Source: Octopus sinensis (taxonomy: Eukaryota). Taken from it: a stretch of DNA of 64,000 nt. The first letter of the stretch is position 1. The number at the start of each line of letters is the position of its first letter. The stretch is taken from the NCBI RefSeq assembly GCF_006345805.1, contig NC_042997.1, positions 86,490,001-86,554,000 on the forward strand, read 5' to 3'. Below, piece after piece: positions 40,197 to 52,800 of this stretch. The notes below the pieces were generated by a model. That model had not been told where the DNA came from. It saw only the letters and a program-made list of their open reading frames with translations, and searched no databases. Both the position numbers and the translations under genes were made by a program.

Positions 40197-41752
40197 CTAT
40201 ATACAAGTATCAATGAATCAAAACGCAACTTTTTTTCTTTTTGATTTTTTCAATTGTGTTCTGTTTTGTCCAATTTTCTAATTTAATTTTGTAAAACGGT
40301 AAACACTGTGAAGGCAACTAATAATGTTAACGTTAAGTTCGACAAAAAAAATAGAGAAAAGGACAAATTACTATCATGCAAATAAAACGATCTGCATTTA
40401 TGAGGGCACATTTTTGGCGACGCTAAAATAGAATCAGAATTTTAAAGAAAATATTCCAAACAAGTCATTTCCTCGTCTGATTTTTATCATACTGTATATA
40501 TACGAAGTAATATAACATTCTACGTACATTAATTCTATTATTTATATTAGTATTAACTGTTCAAGCACGCGAATAACTGAATTCATACCCCCAGCCCTCA
40601 AAAAATATAAGACATGCCTTAGCTACTGATAGTTAAATATTGTTTTAATGACAGTAAACGAAATATAAAGTGACATAATTATGTATTATCATTTCTGTCT
40701 GATTCAATGTCTGCTGAAACCAATACTTATGACTAAGAACTCCACCTCTCTCTTCTCTAAATCTGACTGCGTAGCTGAATGTTGTCGCAGTTTTATGATA
40801 AAGCAATTATTACATTAGCTGCAATATATACGTGCACATATTTAACTAATATATTAAGTTTGTGTCAGTATAAATTCTCCTGACAGCCAGCCTTTATAAC
40901 TCCATATGGAAGCGGTGCTAAAGTAGAACATGAAAATCCACATGGCACGTGTTAAGCGGTACAAATGAACATAAAAGAGAGAAAAATCGTATAGTTTTCC
41001 AGGAATGACAGTTTCATTTCTTTGATACGTCATTTAATAATTATCACACTGTTAAATACTCCCATTTTCTATATGGTAAGATGTCAAAGTGAAACCTTGC
41101 AAATTCGTGCTTGTGTAAAAAGAATGTAAAGTTATAAGAAAGACATCACGCCCTATGCTTTTGCTTGCTTGCGATTTCCACGAAACAAGTTAGTCTGAGC
41201 ATAAAATATCGAAAGAAAAAAAAAGATAGCTATAGACAATATTATAGAACTATTACAATTTTAATATATCGTTGAACAAATGTTAGAAACGTTGGTTTTA
41301 TGGTAAAAACCTGTTCAATTCAAAATGTGAGAAAGAAATATTACATAGTCACATCCTAACGTTTACATAAGTGAGGAGAGGAATTTTTCTAGGAGAACGT
41401 AGCATTGAGATCTTATCGATTCTACAAAATTTATTACTCAAGCGCTGCATATCTCAGTAATTATTTTTTTTAATATTCTCATTAATGTCCTAATTATTTA
41501 TCATAATTAACGATATCAGACGAAGCAAAAGCTAGACTTGTCAAACCATATTTTAGACAGAAAACCGGATACATTAAAACTTCTGTCTGTAGAAAAAATA
41601 TTTTCAATCATTTTCATAAATGACAATCTGAAAGAATTATTCTTCATTAACGAACGAGCGGCTTACATGTTATGCATGTGAGTGTGTAACATATTTCAGC
41701 GCACATGCCAGAACATCAAGTTATATACAAGTAAAACAATGAATTAACATAC

Positions 41753-41786
41753 CTAAAGTGTTCTCCTCCTTGTATTTAAATTTCAT
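41753..41786 (-). CDS. GABARAPL2: GABARAPL2 coding exon 1 (34 nt, MKFKYKEENTL+G)
   Basis: ATG at 41786-41784 in context cgacATGa; donor G|gtatgt; phase 1 joins exon 2 in frame; ATG8-like N-terminus. Confidence 0.93.
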
Positions 41787-42000
41787 GTCGATAAAATTTA
41801 AGTTGTAACTTGATTGCTTCTCACTTAGCTTTAGTTATTCTTTTTAACTCCGTTCGGATTGAGTAACGTGATCTACGAAGATTTGTAAGACAACTAAACA
41901 GAAACACCGTACGTAGTGTGACAACTCATGAGGAACAAGATTGGTTAAACGTATTGATTTATCTACACCAATGTTTACTTCCTATGTGATGGTCATGAAC
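41787..42000 (-). promoter_or_regulatory. Probable 5'UTR/proximal promoter of GABARAPL2
   Basis: CpG-retaining sequence immediately upstream of the ATG. It contains a FoxO-type TGTTTAC (41972-41978) abutting an ETS-type ACTTCCT and an imperfect CLEAR/E-box ATCACGTTAC (41872-41863). The motifs are short and could be chance. Confidence 0.4.
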
Positions 42001-42069
42001 GCCTAGTGTTTTCATTTAAATGTCATTGACATCCGATTTTCTGATTGTCACCACTTTATTTATTTCTGT

Positions 42070-42720
42070 CTCCAGATGTATGTGTGTGTGTGTGTGTACG
42101 TACGTGTGTATATATATATAATGTGCATGTCACACTCTCATTCTATAGACTCCTCACACTTATTTTCTCCTACTACTACACTATCCCTCACGCTATAGTT
42201 TGATGTTTTATATATATAAATATATATATTGTCGCTCTTCCTTCCCCTTCTCGTTCATTTATTACTCTTTCTCCATTTATTAACCCAATCACGTTATATT
42301 TTACTCTCTTCTAACTACTTCACACGCTTTATTCTTTTCTCTTAGTCCTATTTTATTTCTTCACCGTTCTTCGACTTATATCTATTACTCTTTTTCCCTC
42401 TTAACGCTTCAAACAAGCATCTCTCTATCTCCCTATATCTATGTGTGTATGCGTGTGTCTTTCCCTCTCTATACATTTTTACACTCTCTTTTCTCTATAC
42501 AGTCTTAGCTTAATTACGCCTCTCCGTTCCTTTATCCCACCTCTTCTCATTATTCCTCCTTTTCCTCCTCCCAGCTCTTATATTCTATCCTCTCTCTATC
42601 TTCTCTTTTGGTAAGTCTTTGCTTTCTCTTTCACTCCACCCACTAATACGTCACTTATCACTCATATTGTTCTCTTTACGTTGTCCCGCCAAAATTCTGA
42701 CTCAGCTCACGTTATCTCTT
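42070..42720. repeat. (TG)/(TA) microsatellites followed by a long degenerate CT-rich tract
   Basis: Strongly pyrimidine-biased plus strand (ctct, ttct, cctt runs) over about 600 bp. Confidence 0.7.
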
Positions 42721-42859
42721 TATTAAAAAACACCTGGTGATTTAGTTTTATAAGCATGTGCGCAATAAATTCGTGGTGTAAATAGTGCTATAAAATACTT
42801 TCATATAGTGTTATATGTAGTTTTTTAAAGATATGCTGCAGAAAGAAAGAAATTCGTTA

Positions 42860-43215
42860 TATGGATCTGAAAGCTGGACACTTTCGAAGAGCAATAGAAT
42901 GCAGGCTCAATGGAATATACAAGACAAGGAAGGTAAAGAACGTTTCTTGGGAGCAATATTTACTGAACAGCATATATGAAAATACACCATTCGTAAGAGA
43001 AACGGTCAAACAACGCGGGCTTCACTTCGTGAACCACTGTTAGCTAAGACAGATGAAAATGAACATCAAACTTACTATGAGAACCAATACATAGTAAAAG
43101 AAGAAAGGCAGACCTTGTCGAACATTTGTGCAACAGTTGCTGGAGGACACAAACCTTAAAAAATCACTGGAGATGTTCATGGAAGCGTGGAAATGAGTAG
43201 TCAGTGGGGATCTGA
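42860..43215 (+). mobile_element. Decayed RTE LINE, RT C-terminal remnant
   Basis: Reads RETVKQRGLHFVNHC*...KGRPCRTFVQQLLEDTNLKKSLEMFME, like RTE C-termini (RRLRFAGHC...GRP..TY..QL..D); contains stops. Confidence 0.65.
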
Positions 43216-45287
43216 GTGCGTTCGACACGTTGTTATACCGGTATTTTCTTTCGTAAAAAATTTCGACCAGAATGTAGTTATAGAGAAACTCCTCTACGCG
43301 AGCACACAACTTACTAGAAATGACAGCTAAATCTGCCTCATGTCAAACATCTTTAAAAGGGAAGGGCATGCTAGATACGCTATGTCAGCGAAAAAAGTTA
43401 TGATGTTCACGACTAAAATATTTTTGATCATAGGTCTGCCTATCAGAGCTGATCTTGGGCTAAATAACAACATTAAACGTCACTAATAAACTTATAAACA
43501 ATAGAATCTGGGAAAACTACTGATGGTCCGTGTTGGTAATTAGTAATGCAAATCATTCATGAAGTTCATAAATATTTTGCCTTGGTAAAAAAGAGAAGTC
43601 TTCAGTTAAGGAGAGAACCTTTCTTCAGAGGCCTTCTTTTGAAGTCATAGTCTTATAAGTTTATATTTTATTACATTTATGCTCTTCTAAGTCTGACTCA
43701 TGAGTAAATGTTATAAACTGTAACGGATAAAAACACCTTTTTCTTCAACTTATGTTAATGACTTCGGAAAAACGTCAATCTCTTTCCAACAACGAGTTCT
43801 CGTAACTCTAGACGTCTCTTTAGGCGTAGGCGTGGTTGTGCTAAAGAATACGGTTTTCGGCGTAACAAAAACCCTAAAACTAATCCTAACCACCGGGTGA
43901 ACGTATTCTTTACCTTCGCCAAGAAGCTTGCTTCCCAACCACGTGGTCTATAGTTCGGTTTCACTGAGTGGCAACTCAAGCAAAGTGTGTTCTCCTGTAG
44001 CCTAGGGCTGACCAAATCCTTGTGACTGGTTTTGGTTGACGGACAGCATATAACTCTTTTCAGGGCCTTTGAGGCTAGTGGGAGGAGTGATACAAGCTAG
44101 TCCTCAGAGCAGAAGCCTGGCTCAAATCAAGAACAATCAGCTGTGAGCAAAGTGTCTACAGGTTCTCCAAAACCAGTGATAGTTGACAGCTACAGGAGGG
44201 AATTCAAGAAGTTGTAAGTGTGAGGTTGTGGTAGAAAAGGTAAACAATATATATATAATGGAGGGAGAAAAGATGAATGAGTAAGGGGAATCTGAGTAGA
44301 GGTGGCATAAGACCAACCAACTCACCAAAATAGAGGTCACTAGTAGAGATAGAAGAAGTAGCGTGATGTGACAGCATATTTGTGGGGCAGAAATTAAAGT
44401 GCTAGTAAACAACTTCATAGCAATCAGTGTTGTGATCTAGGATATTTGTATGTATATTAGTTACACTGTCATTTATATGAAACCCATACTCTATTGTGTG
44501 TTTCGTTTGAATTGCTACTTTAGAATAGAAAAGTTCATGACTGAAGGCAGCAACTTCACTTCAAAAATTTATGAGTGTTTCAAGTTGAAGAAGCAGATGT
44601 GCATGAATAACATCAGCTATTGTGTATTGGTATAGATATGGAATGACTTAAAAAGTGCTATGTGCTTATAGGAGAAGTTACTCATAGAAGAAAACACTGA
44701 AAAATGTTGTAAAGTTCCTACAGCTTTGCCTTTGACCCACACTAATCTGTTTATGCAACTGTACCTTTATCTGTGATTTTTTTTGGTATAGTTTTTATCC
44801 ACCAGCTTTCCTACCTCTATCTGCCCAATATTTTTTTTTGTCATCATAGTTGTGTCTCTTTATTTTGTTAGTTGATGTTTTAAACTTATCTATCTTCCTA
44901 TCTAACTTTCTTACCCTTCTCCTTCTTCCCCTTGCCTCATTGTTTATATATTTCACTACATATTGGCAAAAACCAATGTTCTTTGAATGAAGGCCACCAA
45001 GTCACAAATGTTCTTTTGTCATTCTACTCTTGCTATCAGAAATACAGTGAACCAATGATTGGGCCATTGGAAACCAATAACCAATGATGCTATTGCTCCC
45101 TCATTGAGATGTGAAAAACCGTGAGTAAATGATAGAATATCTAATACAACTTAAAAGTGTACTTATACACTCTTGCCTTTAACAGGGAGTGGTTAAAAAT
45201 GTTTAATTTAATGACACTACCTCCATAAGCTCATGAAAAGTAAGCTAAAAATGTGATCTTATTTACTTCCTTAACTGTAAATTACTT

Positions 45288-45502
45288 CACTCTTTAGCAT
45301 TCACATTATTCTATCAAAAGTAATGCTTATTTATTCAGATTGTTTTGTAGTAGTTTGTAGCTTTGAGATTTTAATGAGGTAACTTTTAATTTTTAGAGTG
45401 ATATGGTAAGGTTGGTGTAAGAGACCTGATCTGGCCATTTTGAACATATAACAGGTACTATATTTTGGCCAGATATGGCTAGTTTAAATGCTAAAGTGTT
45501 AA
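45288..45502 (+). mobile_element. piggyBac-like MITE
   Basis: ctctttagcattcacattattctatcaaa...tttaaatgctaaagtgttaa. Confidence 0.75.
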
Positions 45503-46454
45503 GCAAAGTCCCCATGTCAGTTAAAACCTTTTCAACCTTGAACACTTTCAAGCCAATGATTCATAGAAGTTTCACTGTGAATCAACAGATTTACTGCAAA
45601 TCTATTCCAAGTAAATGGACTGTATTTTATTTGTGTCAAAAATGATAAAAGTTTCTAAATGATTAATCTGAAGATATAGATGTGTTATTGACACTAAACT
45701 CATTTAGATGTCATTACTAGTTTCATTGAAAAAAAAAATGAACTGACGTTAGATCAATAATACCTAGTAAGTTTAATATTTGGAGGTTTTACACAATAAC
45801 AGTACCAAAAATAATAATAACATGTGCGTGTGTGTGTACGCACGTAATAAGCTACAAGTGTCATCACAAATAAAATAAAGTATTCAATAAACGTAGTTGG
45901 GTGGAATATTTAATGTGATGATGTAGTTGTAGTTAATCTACTTATCCAATGTCTTGTAGTTTCATATCTGTTGTAAATTACTTTGCATATATCCATCATC
46001 AGTTGGATTTCATAACTTAGAATGTCCATGAAGTATGAAATAAATTTTTGCAATTTCATCTTCCATTTACACATTAACTTGTAGTCTTTAGTGCACAGTG
46101 CCTAGGGAAAAGACAGAGTAGTCAAAGCTGTAATGCATTTCCTCATGGGTTTTCTCAATCATAGTTGACCTAGGATTAAATAATAACTATTCTTATTATT
46201 ATTATTATTATGGCCAGGCAGCAACAAAGTCTACCCACCACACTTCTTGGTCCACCATCACTGCTTCCAGGTTCTAGATACATTCCAGGCCAGTGTCTGC
46301 AATCAAGTTATTGACGTGTGATGACGTTTGCCTTTTCTTACATCACCATGAAGTGAGTTCCACAAGACTAATTTGGATACTTCTAGTCCACAGTGGTGCA
46401 TGCAGTGACCAGATTGTTGCAGCTGTCATTGCCTGATCTTCTCACTAACTAGTC

Positions 46455-46690
46455 TTATTTCTTTACTACCCACAAGGGGCTAAACACAGAGGGGACAAAC
46501 AAGGACAGACAAGGGGATTTAAGTCGCTTACATCGACCCCAGTGCGTAATTGGTACTTAATTTATCGACCCTGAAAGGATGAAAGGTAAAGTCGACCTCG
46601 GTGGAATTTGAACTCAGAATGTAACGACAGACAAAATACTGCTAAGCATTTCACCTGGCGTGCTAACATTTCTGCCAGCTCGCCACCGTA
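46455..46690 (-). repeat. Young SINE
   Basis: tttctttactacccacaaggggctaaacacagagggg...gtcgacctcggtggaatttgaactcag...tgccagctcgccacc. Confidence 0.85.
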
Positions 46691-46831
46691 AACTCACTAA
46701 CTATTCTTATTATCTACAATTTTTGTTCATTGAAGAACACCACCCATAAAAAGTCTCACCTTCTTTCTTGCATGAATACCTCAATATTGGTGAGGTCAAC
46801 TTGTGTATTGGCTCAAAATTAGTGAGGTCAA

Positions 46832-47048
46832 TAAGGTGGCACACTGGTAGAATTGTTAGCATGCTGGACAAGATGCTTAGTGGTATTTCATCTGTATATT
46901 CTGAGTTGAAATTCCATCAAGGTTGACTTTCATTTCATCTTTTCGGGGTTGATAAAATAAGTACTAATTGAGTACTGGGATTGGTGTAATTGAGTCAATC
47001 ACCTCCTCCAAACTTGCTGGCCTTGTTCCAAAATTGAAAACCAATATT
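46832..47048 (+). repeat. Older SINE, head-to-head with the 46455 copy
   Basis: taaggtggcacactggtagaattgttagcatgctggacaagatgcttag...ggccttgttccaaaattgaaaacca. Confidence 0.75.
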
Positions 47049-47334
47049 AATGCTGTCTACATCTCATATACACTGTATGGTTCTATTAGAGTGAGCTACA
47101 ATGAAAAATGAGTTAAAATTACCTACAGATCCTTGATATGCAAGAATGTTGTTGTGAGAGTCGGTTAGGTATGTATACATGGGGGAAGAATCAAAGTGCT
47201 TGATCCCCCTGCTCCCTTCTCTTTTATGTAACAGATGCCCTTTTTGTGAAAATTCAAATGCATGAAAAGATAGAATACATTATTATGATTTGTTTCCTTA
47301 CCTTCTGGCTCCACTTCTCCTAAGTCAATATATA

Positions 47335-47740
47335 GGCACAGTGTGACTGTGTGATAAAGATGTTTGCTTCCCAACCACATGGTTCTGGGTTCAGTCCCAC
47401 TGCACAGCACCTTGGGCAAGTGTCTTCTACTGTGTCCTTGGGCCAACCAAAGCCTTTGAGTGGGTTTGGTAGACAGAAACTCAAACAAGCCCTATCATGT
47501 GTATGTGTGTTTGTGTGTGTGTGTGTGTGTATGTGTGTTTCCCCACCATCACTTGACAACTGATGTTGCTGTATTTACATCCCTGTAACTTAGCAGCTCA
47601 GCAAAAGAGACTGATAGAATAAGTACCTGACTTTAAAAAAAATAAGTACTAGGGTTGATTCTTTTGATTAAAATTCTTCATGGTAGTGCCCCAGCATGGC
47701 CACAGTTTAATGACTGAAACAAGTAAAAGATAAAAGATAT
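47335..47740 (+). repeat. Full-length tRNA-derived SINE with internal (TG)n
   Basis: tttgcttcccaaccacatggttctgggttcagtcccactgcacagcaccttgggcaagtgtcttc...ccagcatggccacagtttaatgactgaaacaagtaaaaga. Confidence 0.85.
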
Positions 47741-48074
47741 AAAAGTAAACACTAAAAGAATTATGATATAACATGGATTTTTTATATTTTTTGTTTTTAA
47801 TTTTTAAAAGTTATACAATTTTCATTAAAAGTGAACAAACAACTCTTGAATACCTATGATAAAATTATGTACTTTTTCCACATGAATAACAATTACATTA
47901 GATCTTTCTGATCCTCACCTCTCACTCTCTCAACATGTTTGACTTCATGTCTGTTACAAATTACCAACTAGGAATAAGAAAGATTTGACTTCTGAGTCTC
48001 TTGTCATTAACAAAGAAAGCCAGTTTCTGAAATACACGTAACAAGCCTATTTGAATAGATTTATTTTTCCCGTT

Positions 48075-48270
48075 AAAAGCACCCAACACACACTGTAAAG
48101 TTGTTGGCATTAGGAAGGGCATCCAACTGTAGGAACGATGCCAAATCAGACTGGAACCTGGTGCAGTTTCCCGGTTTGCCAGCTCTAGTCAAACCATCTA
48201 ACCTATGCTGACATGGAAAACAGATGTTGAAGAAGAAGAAGAAGAAGAAGAAGAAGAAGAAGAAGAAGAA
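48075..48270 (+). repeat. RTE/SINE tail ending in (GAA)n
   Basis: gttggcattaggaagggcatccaactgtag...atggaaaacagatgttgaagaagaa... Confidence 0.8.
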
Positions 48271-49259
48271 TTGTCTTGGTAATAAATAAAATATAGCTTT
48301 TCCAACACTACCAATACTTCAAAATGCATTTAATCCACTGAGAACAGACTGAGTATCTGATATATTGAAGATAAACAAACTGTATTATAAATAGTGTTGG
48401 GAAAATATATCAATGTTTAGGAAATTGAGAAAAAATTCATTTTCTGAAGGTAATCGGAATAATAAGATGGAGTAATTTTAAGAAGACCTTGAGAAAAAGC
48501 TTTGAAGTACCAAATAAAGCAAAAAAGTCAGAGAAATAAAGAAATATTATTCACACTAGTTGACAATTTTATATTTAGCTCAACAAGGACTACCATTATG
48601 AGCTATGGTTAAAAGACAAACAATTATAAATAGAAGTGAGCACCTTGAACAAGTCCAATTGTTGGCTAGATATGACAATTGCTGTATGTATTGTGTATTG
48701 CATATAAAGAGAAATCACAGGTGATAACGTTCTCAAACTGTATTTAGAATAATATAATCAAGTCTTTATATGTATATAAGAAAATCAATATTAAATAAGG
48801 TAGCAACAGTATATTCTTTTCTTATGACTGAAGCTACAGATGTCTCCCACACTGAACAGGTTGCTATGTGCCTATGTCATGTGTCTGATTATAAAATCAA
48901 AGCGCATTCATAGAAATGTGTGAGATAATATCTCCAACAAGGGAAGAGCTGCAATGAATGGTCCCATCTTTAGTTCAAAAAGAAATGGCATACAGATAGA
49001 AAACATGACAAGTCAGGACTATAATGGAATTGCTAACATGAGTGCATTGTACAAAGGGCTTCAGTGAAGTTTTCTTTTTTTCTTTTTCGTACAAAGAAAA
49101 AGCTCTGTATGTTCACTCCCATGCACACTGCTAGAATGTTATGCTTATAGAGAATACAAAATCAAGCAGCTCTATTGCCTCATTCTTAAATATAGAAGAA
49201 AAGTTATACAGTTATTCCAATGTCAAGTAAGCAGTATTTTTATTTATACAGATTCAGCA

Positions 49260-50400
49260 CTATCTACCCTCTGTCCCATGTTCAAGAAGTGGAACTGGAA
49301 AAGTTTCCTGATGCAAAACGGACCTTAAAGAAGATGCTTACAATGATGAATAGGAGGGAGCTGATGACCAAGCCTTGGTGAACATCTAGCTGTACACTAA
49401 CTTCATCACTGTACTCATGGTTAACTCTTACCTTACTAACAGCATCCCTGTATATGACCTGTGCTGCTTTCAGAAGTCATTCGTCTATCCCCAAGCTTCC
49501 TCAGAAGAGACCACCACATAAGGTCAGGTTTCATCCAGATCAACAAATACCATAGATTTGATCCATCACCCTCTGTAGATGATCCAGTAAGAACTTCCAG
49601 TTGTTTTCTATGCCATATGTCACTGTCTCTTTCTCCTTCTCTTCAATGGTTTAGTTAAGAACATCTTTAACTTTCTGCCCATTTGAAGAATCTTTGAACT
49701 TCCATAACCTCCTTTTCCATATCGGTTTGTGTTTCTGGATCCTTCTAACCACTAACCTATGTTGAATTGTACATTTTTCACCTGGAGAGGACTTTGCATT
49801 CATGAGCATCCACCTGTCCTTGTTTATGGTGGAAATGAAGTCAATCTGGCAAGTGAGCCCACCAGATTGATAAGTGATCAAATAGATGGCAGGTTTCCTG
49901 CAGTTGGTATTGCAAATCAATAAGTCATTTATATCACAAAACTCCAGCATGCCATGAAATCCATTCACGTACTCCCCAAGACCACTGAAGTCCCCTGCCA
50001 TAATGAGAACATCATTGTCTTTCATCGATGACATAGTCCACAGAAGGGATTCATAGAAATGGTGCTTCTGAACATCTGCAAGTCTTACATGTGAAATATA
50101 TGCAGGGATAAATGACACTGTTACATTAAACAAGACTATTTTTTGCTTAACAATTCTATCACACACCCTGACTACCTCAGTCACCTTATCCATTTATTTC
50201 TCTGCAAGAAGAATACCTATACCACCTAATCCATCACTGCTGCTCACCCAGAAATATTGGTATCTATGTTCCTTACTCACAAACAGTCTAGCTGAAGCTC
50301 CCCTCCTTTGTACCTCTTTCACACAGCTTCACACCTCTGCTCAAACATCTCAACAATCTCACCAGACCCACCTTTCATTGTGCCAACATTGATTGTGGCA
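49260..50400 (-). mobile_element. RTE LINE APE-endonuclease region remnant
   Basis: ORF 49651-50193: FYESLL...DVLIMAGDF...MLEFCDINDLLICNT...ITYQSGG...QIDFI...CTIQHRLVV; typical RTE endonuclease, degraded. Confidence 0.85.
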
Positions 50401-50999
50401 GCTCTGAGTTTGTGGACCTGGGAAGCCTGGAAGAGTAGTTGGGAGAGCAGGTATCAGATCCTTGAGCTTTGTGGAAGTGCAAAATCTAAATATTTTCTGT
50501 AATTTATTTAGTTGGAATGAAATGGTTTTGATTATAAGTCTGCTAGGGTTGACTTCGTTTTCAACCCTTTGATATTGATTAAATAAGAATCAGTAATATA
50601 CCAAGATTAATCGGCTACATATAGCAAGCTTAGCTACATGTCTAGTCAAAAGAATCAAGAAAGTGATGGACAATTGATGCAAAAGGTCTGATTTCAAGCA
50701 GAGTCATCAATGAACCGTGTAGCTTTGACTATTACTAAAATAATTATTATGTACAAAGTGCGTAGTAATGCACTTAATACATTATTCCTACTAAGTGTAT
50801 AGTAATGAAATTACAGTATACTTAGTACATGTTATTAATAATTATATTGTGAAGAATATAATAAATTGAATATTGGGACCTGTGCATGTTGTAACTGAGC
50901 TAGATCTATCACTGGATATGTAAATTAAATGATTTTTGGTTGCGACAAAACAACTAGAATATGAGTTTAGTGGTGGTTTGTATTGGCAAAAATTGGCTT

Positions 51000-51305
51000 A
51001 ATATACTGGCACTCCATCAGTTACAATGATGAGGGTTACAGTTGATCTGATCAACAGAACAGCCTGCTTGTGAAATTAATATGCAAGTGGCTGAGCACTC
51101 CACAGACATGTGTACTCTTAATGTAGTTCCCAGAAAGATTCAGAGTGACACAGAGTGTGATAAGGCTGGCCCTTTGAAATACTGGTACTACTCATTTTTG
51201 CCAGCTAAGTGGACTGGAGCAATATGAAATAGAGTGTCATGCTCAAGGACAAATTGCACTGCTGGGAATTGAACTCAGAAATACCCTAACCACTAAACCA
51301 CATAC
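51000..51305 (-). repeat. SINE of a second family, reverse orientation
   Basis: gtggactggagcaa..tgaaatagagtgtcatgctcaaggaca..gggaattgaactc..taaccactaaaccacatacc. Confidence 0.65.
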
Positions 51306-51919
51306 CTTCACTGGCTTAATGTGTTTTTTTTTAATGGATAATGTTGAAGTGCCATGAGGAGAATTGAATTTTGATATTTTAAGTGAGGCCTTATAACTAG
51401 CATTGTGCATTTGTTTAACTTCATTTTATGGCTGGATCTCTTGTTTAGTGTCAAAAACCCATGTAAATAGAATTAGAGGAGTACCTATTTTTCAAGTTAA
51501 CTGATAGCTGAGTTTGAACACAGACCCTTTGCATCAGTTGCCTCACTCTTCAACCTTCCAGTGCTATATTGATTTCTTTATCAAGGCATGACTCTATAAC
51601 TTTACCCTGGTGAGTCATATAGTCAACTGAACCAACCTTGTTATATTATTGATACTTGTTTCATCAACAGTTGAGAGAGAGATGTAAAACGACGTCAAGT
51701 CTAGCAGAATTCAAACTCAGATTATAAATGAATGATGCTAAACTCTATAGCTCATTGAACATCTCTCAATTGCTTAGTTGAACTTGATTGATGAAAGCTT
51801 CAGAAAACATGAAATTGTGATTGTTGAACTTCTTATCACATACTGCTGTTAACCTGTGAGGTCTTCTCAGAAAGATTAAGTACATTTAATAGATTATTAT
51901 TATTATTATTATTATTATT

Positions 51920-52800
51920 AAGGTGGCAAGCTGACAGAATTGTTAGCATGTTGGATGAAATGCTTAACAGCATTTCGTTTGTCTTTATGTTCTGGGTTCA
52001 AATTCTGAAGAGGTCAATTCTGTCTTTCATTCTTTCAGAGCCGATAAATTAAGTACCAGTGAAACACTAAGGTCAATGTAATTGACTAGTCCCCTCCCAC
52101 CAAATTTCATTCCTTGTGCCTATAGTAGAAAGGATTATTACAACTACTGCTACTACTACTACCACTACTACTAAGGCAGTGAGCTGTTAGCATGCCGGGC
52201 AAAATGTTTAGTAACATTTTGTCTGTCTTTACATTCTGAGTTTACCTTTCATCCTTTCAGGGTCAATAAAACAAGTACCAGTTAAGCACTAGGATCGATG
52301 TAATCAACTTACTCCTTACCCCGAAATTGCTGGCCTTGTGCCACAATTTGAAACCATTATTATTATTATTATCATCATCATTATTATTTTTATTATTTTA
52401 TTATTATTGTTATTATTATTATTAATATTAATATTAATTCTGGTTCTAAAGCAGTGACAGACTCATTACTGAATCATACAAAATGGTTTGTGGCATTTAT
52501 TCAAGCTCTTTACATTTTGAGTAAAAATTCTACTGAGGTTGACTTTGTTTTTCATCCTTTCAAAGTTGATAAAATAAGCACCACTTGAACACTGGCGTTA
52601 ATGTAATTGACTTGCCCCTCTGCACCTAAAACTGCTGGCTTTGTGCTAAACTTAAAAAGAATTACTCTTTCTGGCTCTAAGGTGATGAGCTAGCAGAATT
52701 GTTAGCACATCAGATAAAATGCTTAGCAGTAGTTCTTTATGGTCTGAGTTCAAATACCACTGAGGTTAACTTTACTTCACACTATTTTAGGGTTGTTAAA
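51920..52800 (+). repeat. Four tandem plus-strand SINE copies separated by (TAT)n/(TAC)n tails
   Basis: Heads taaggtggcaagctgacagaattgttagcatg (51920), taaggcagtgagctgttagcatg (52173), taaagcagtgacag (52447), taaggtgatgagctagcagaattgttagc (52678). Confidence 0.8.

Noticed and set aside
43740-43920. CpG-rich Arg-rich open frame as first exon of a divergent gene
   Set aside because: No ATG or convincing donor; it contains a telomere-like accctaaaactaatcctaacc typical of transposon fragments and runs into a SINE
49651-50193. Longest ORF (180 aa), could be labelled CFDP2-like
   Set aside because: It is the endonuclease of a degraded RTE LINE, with missing motif segments
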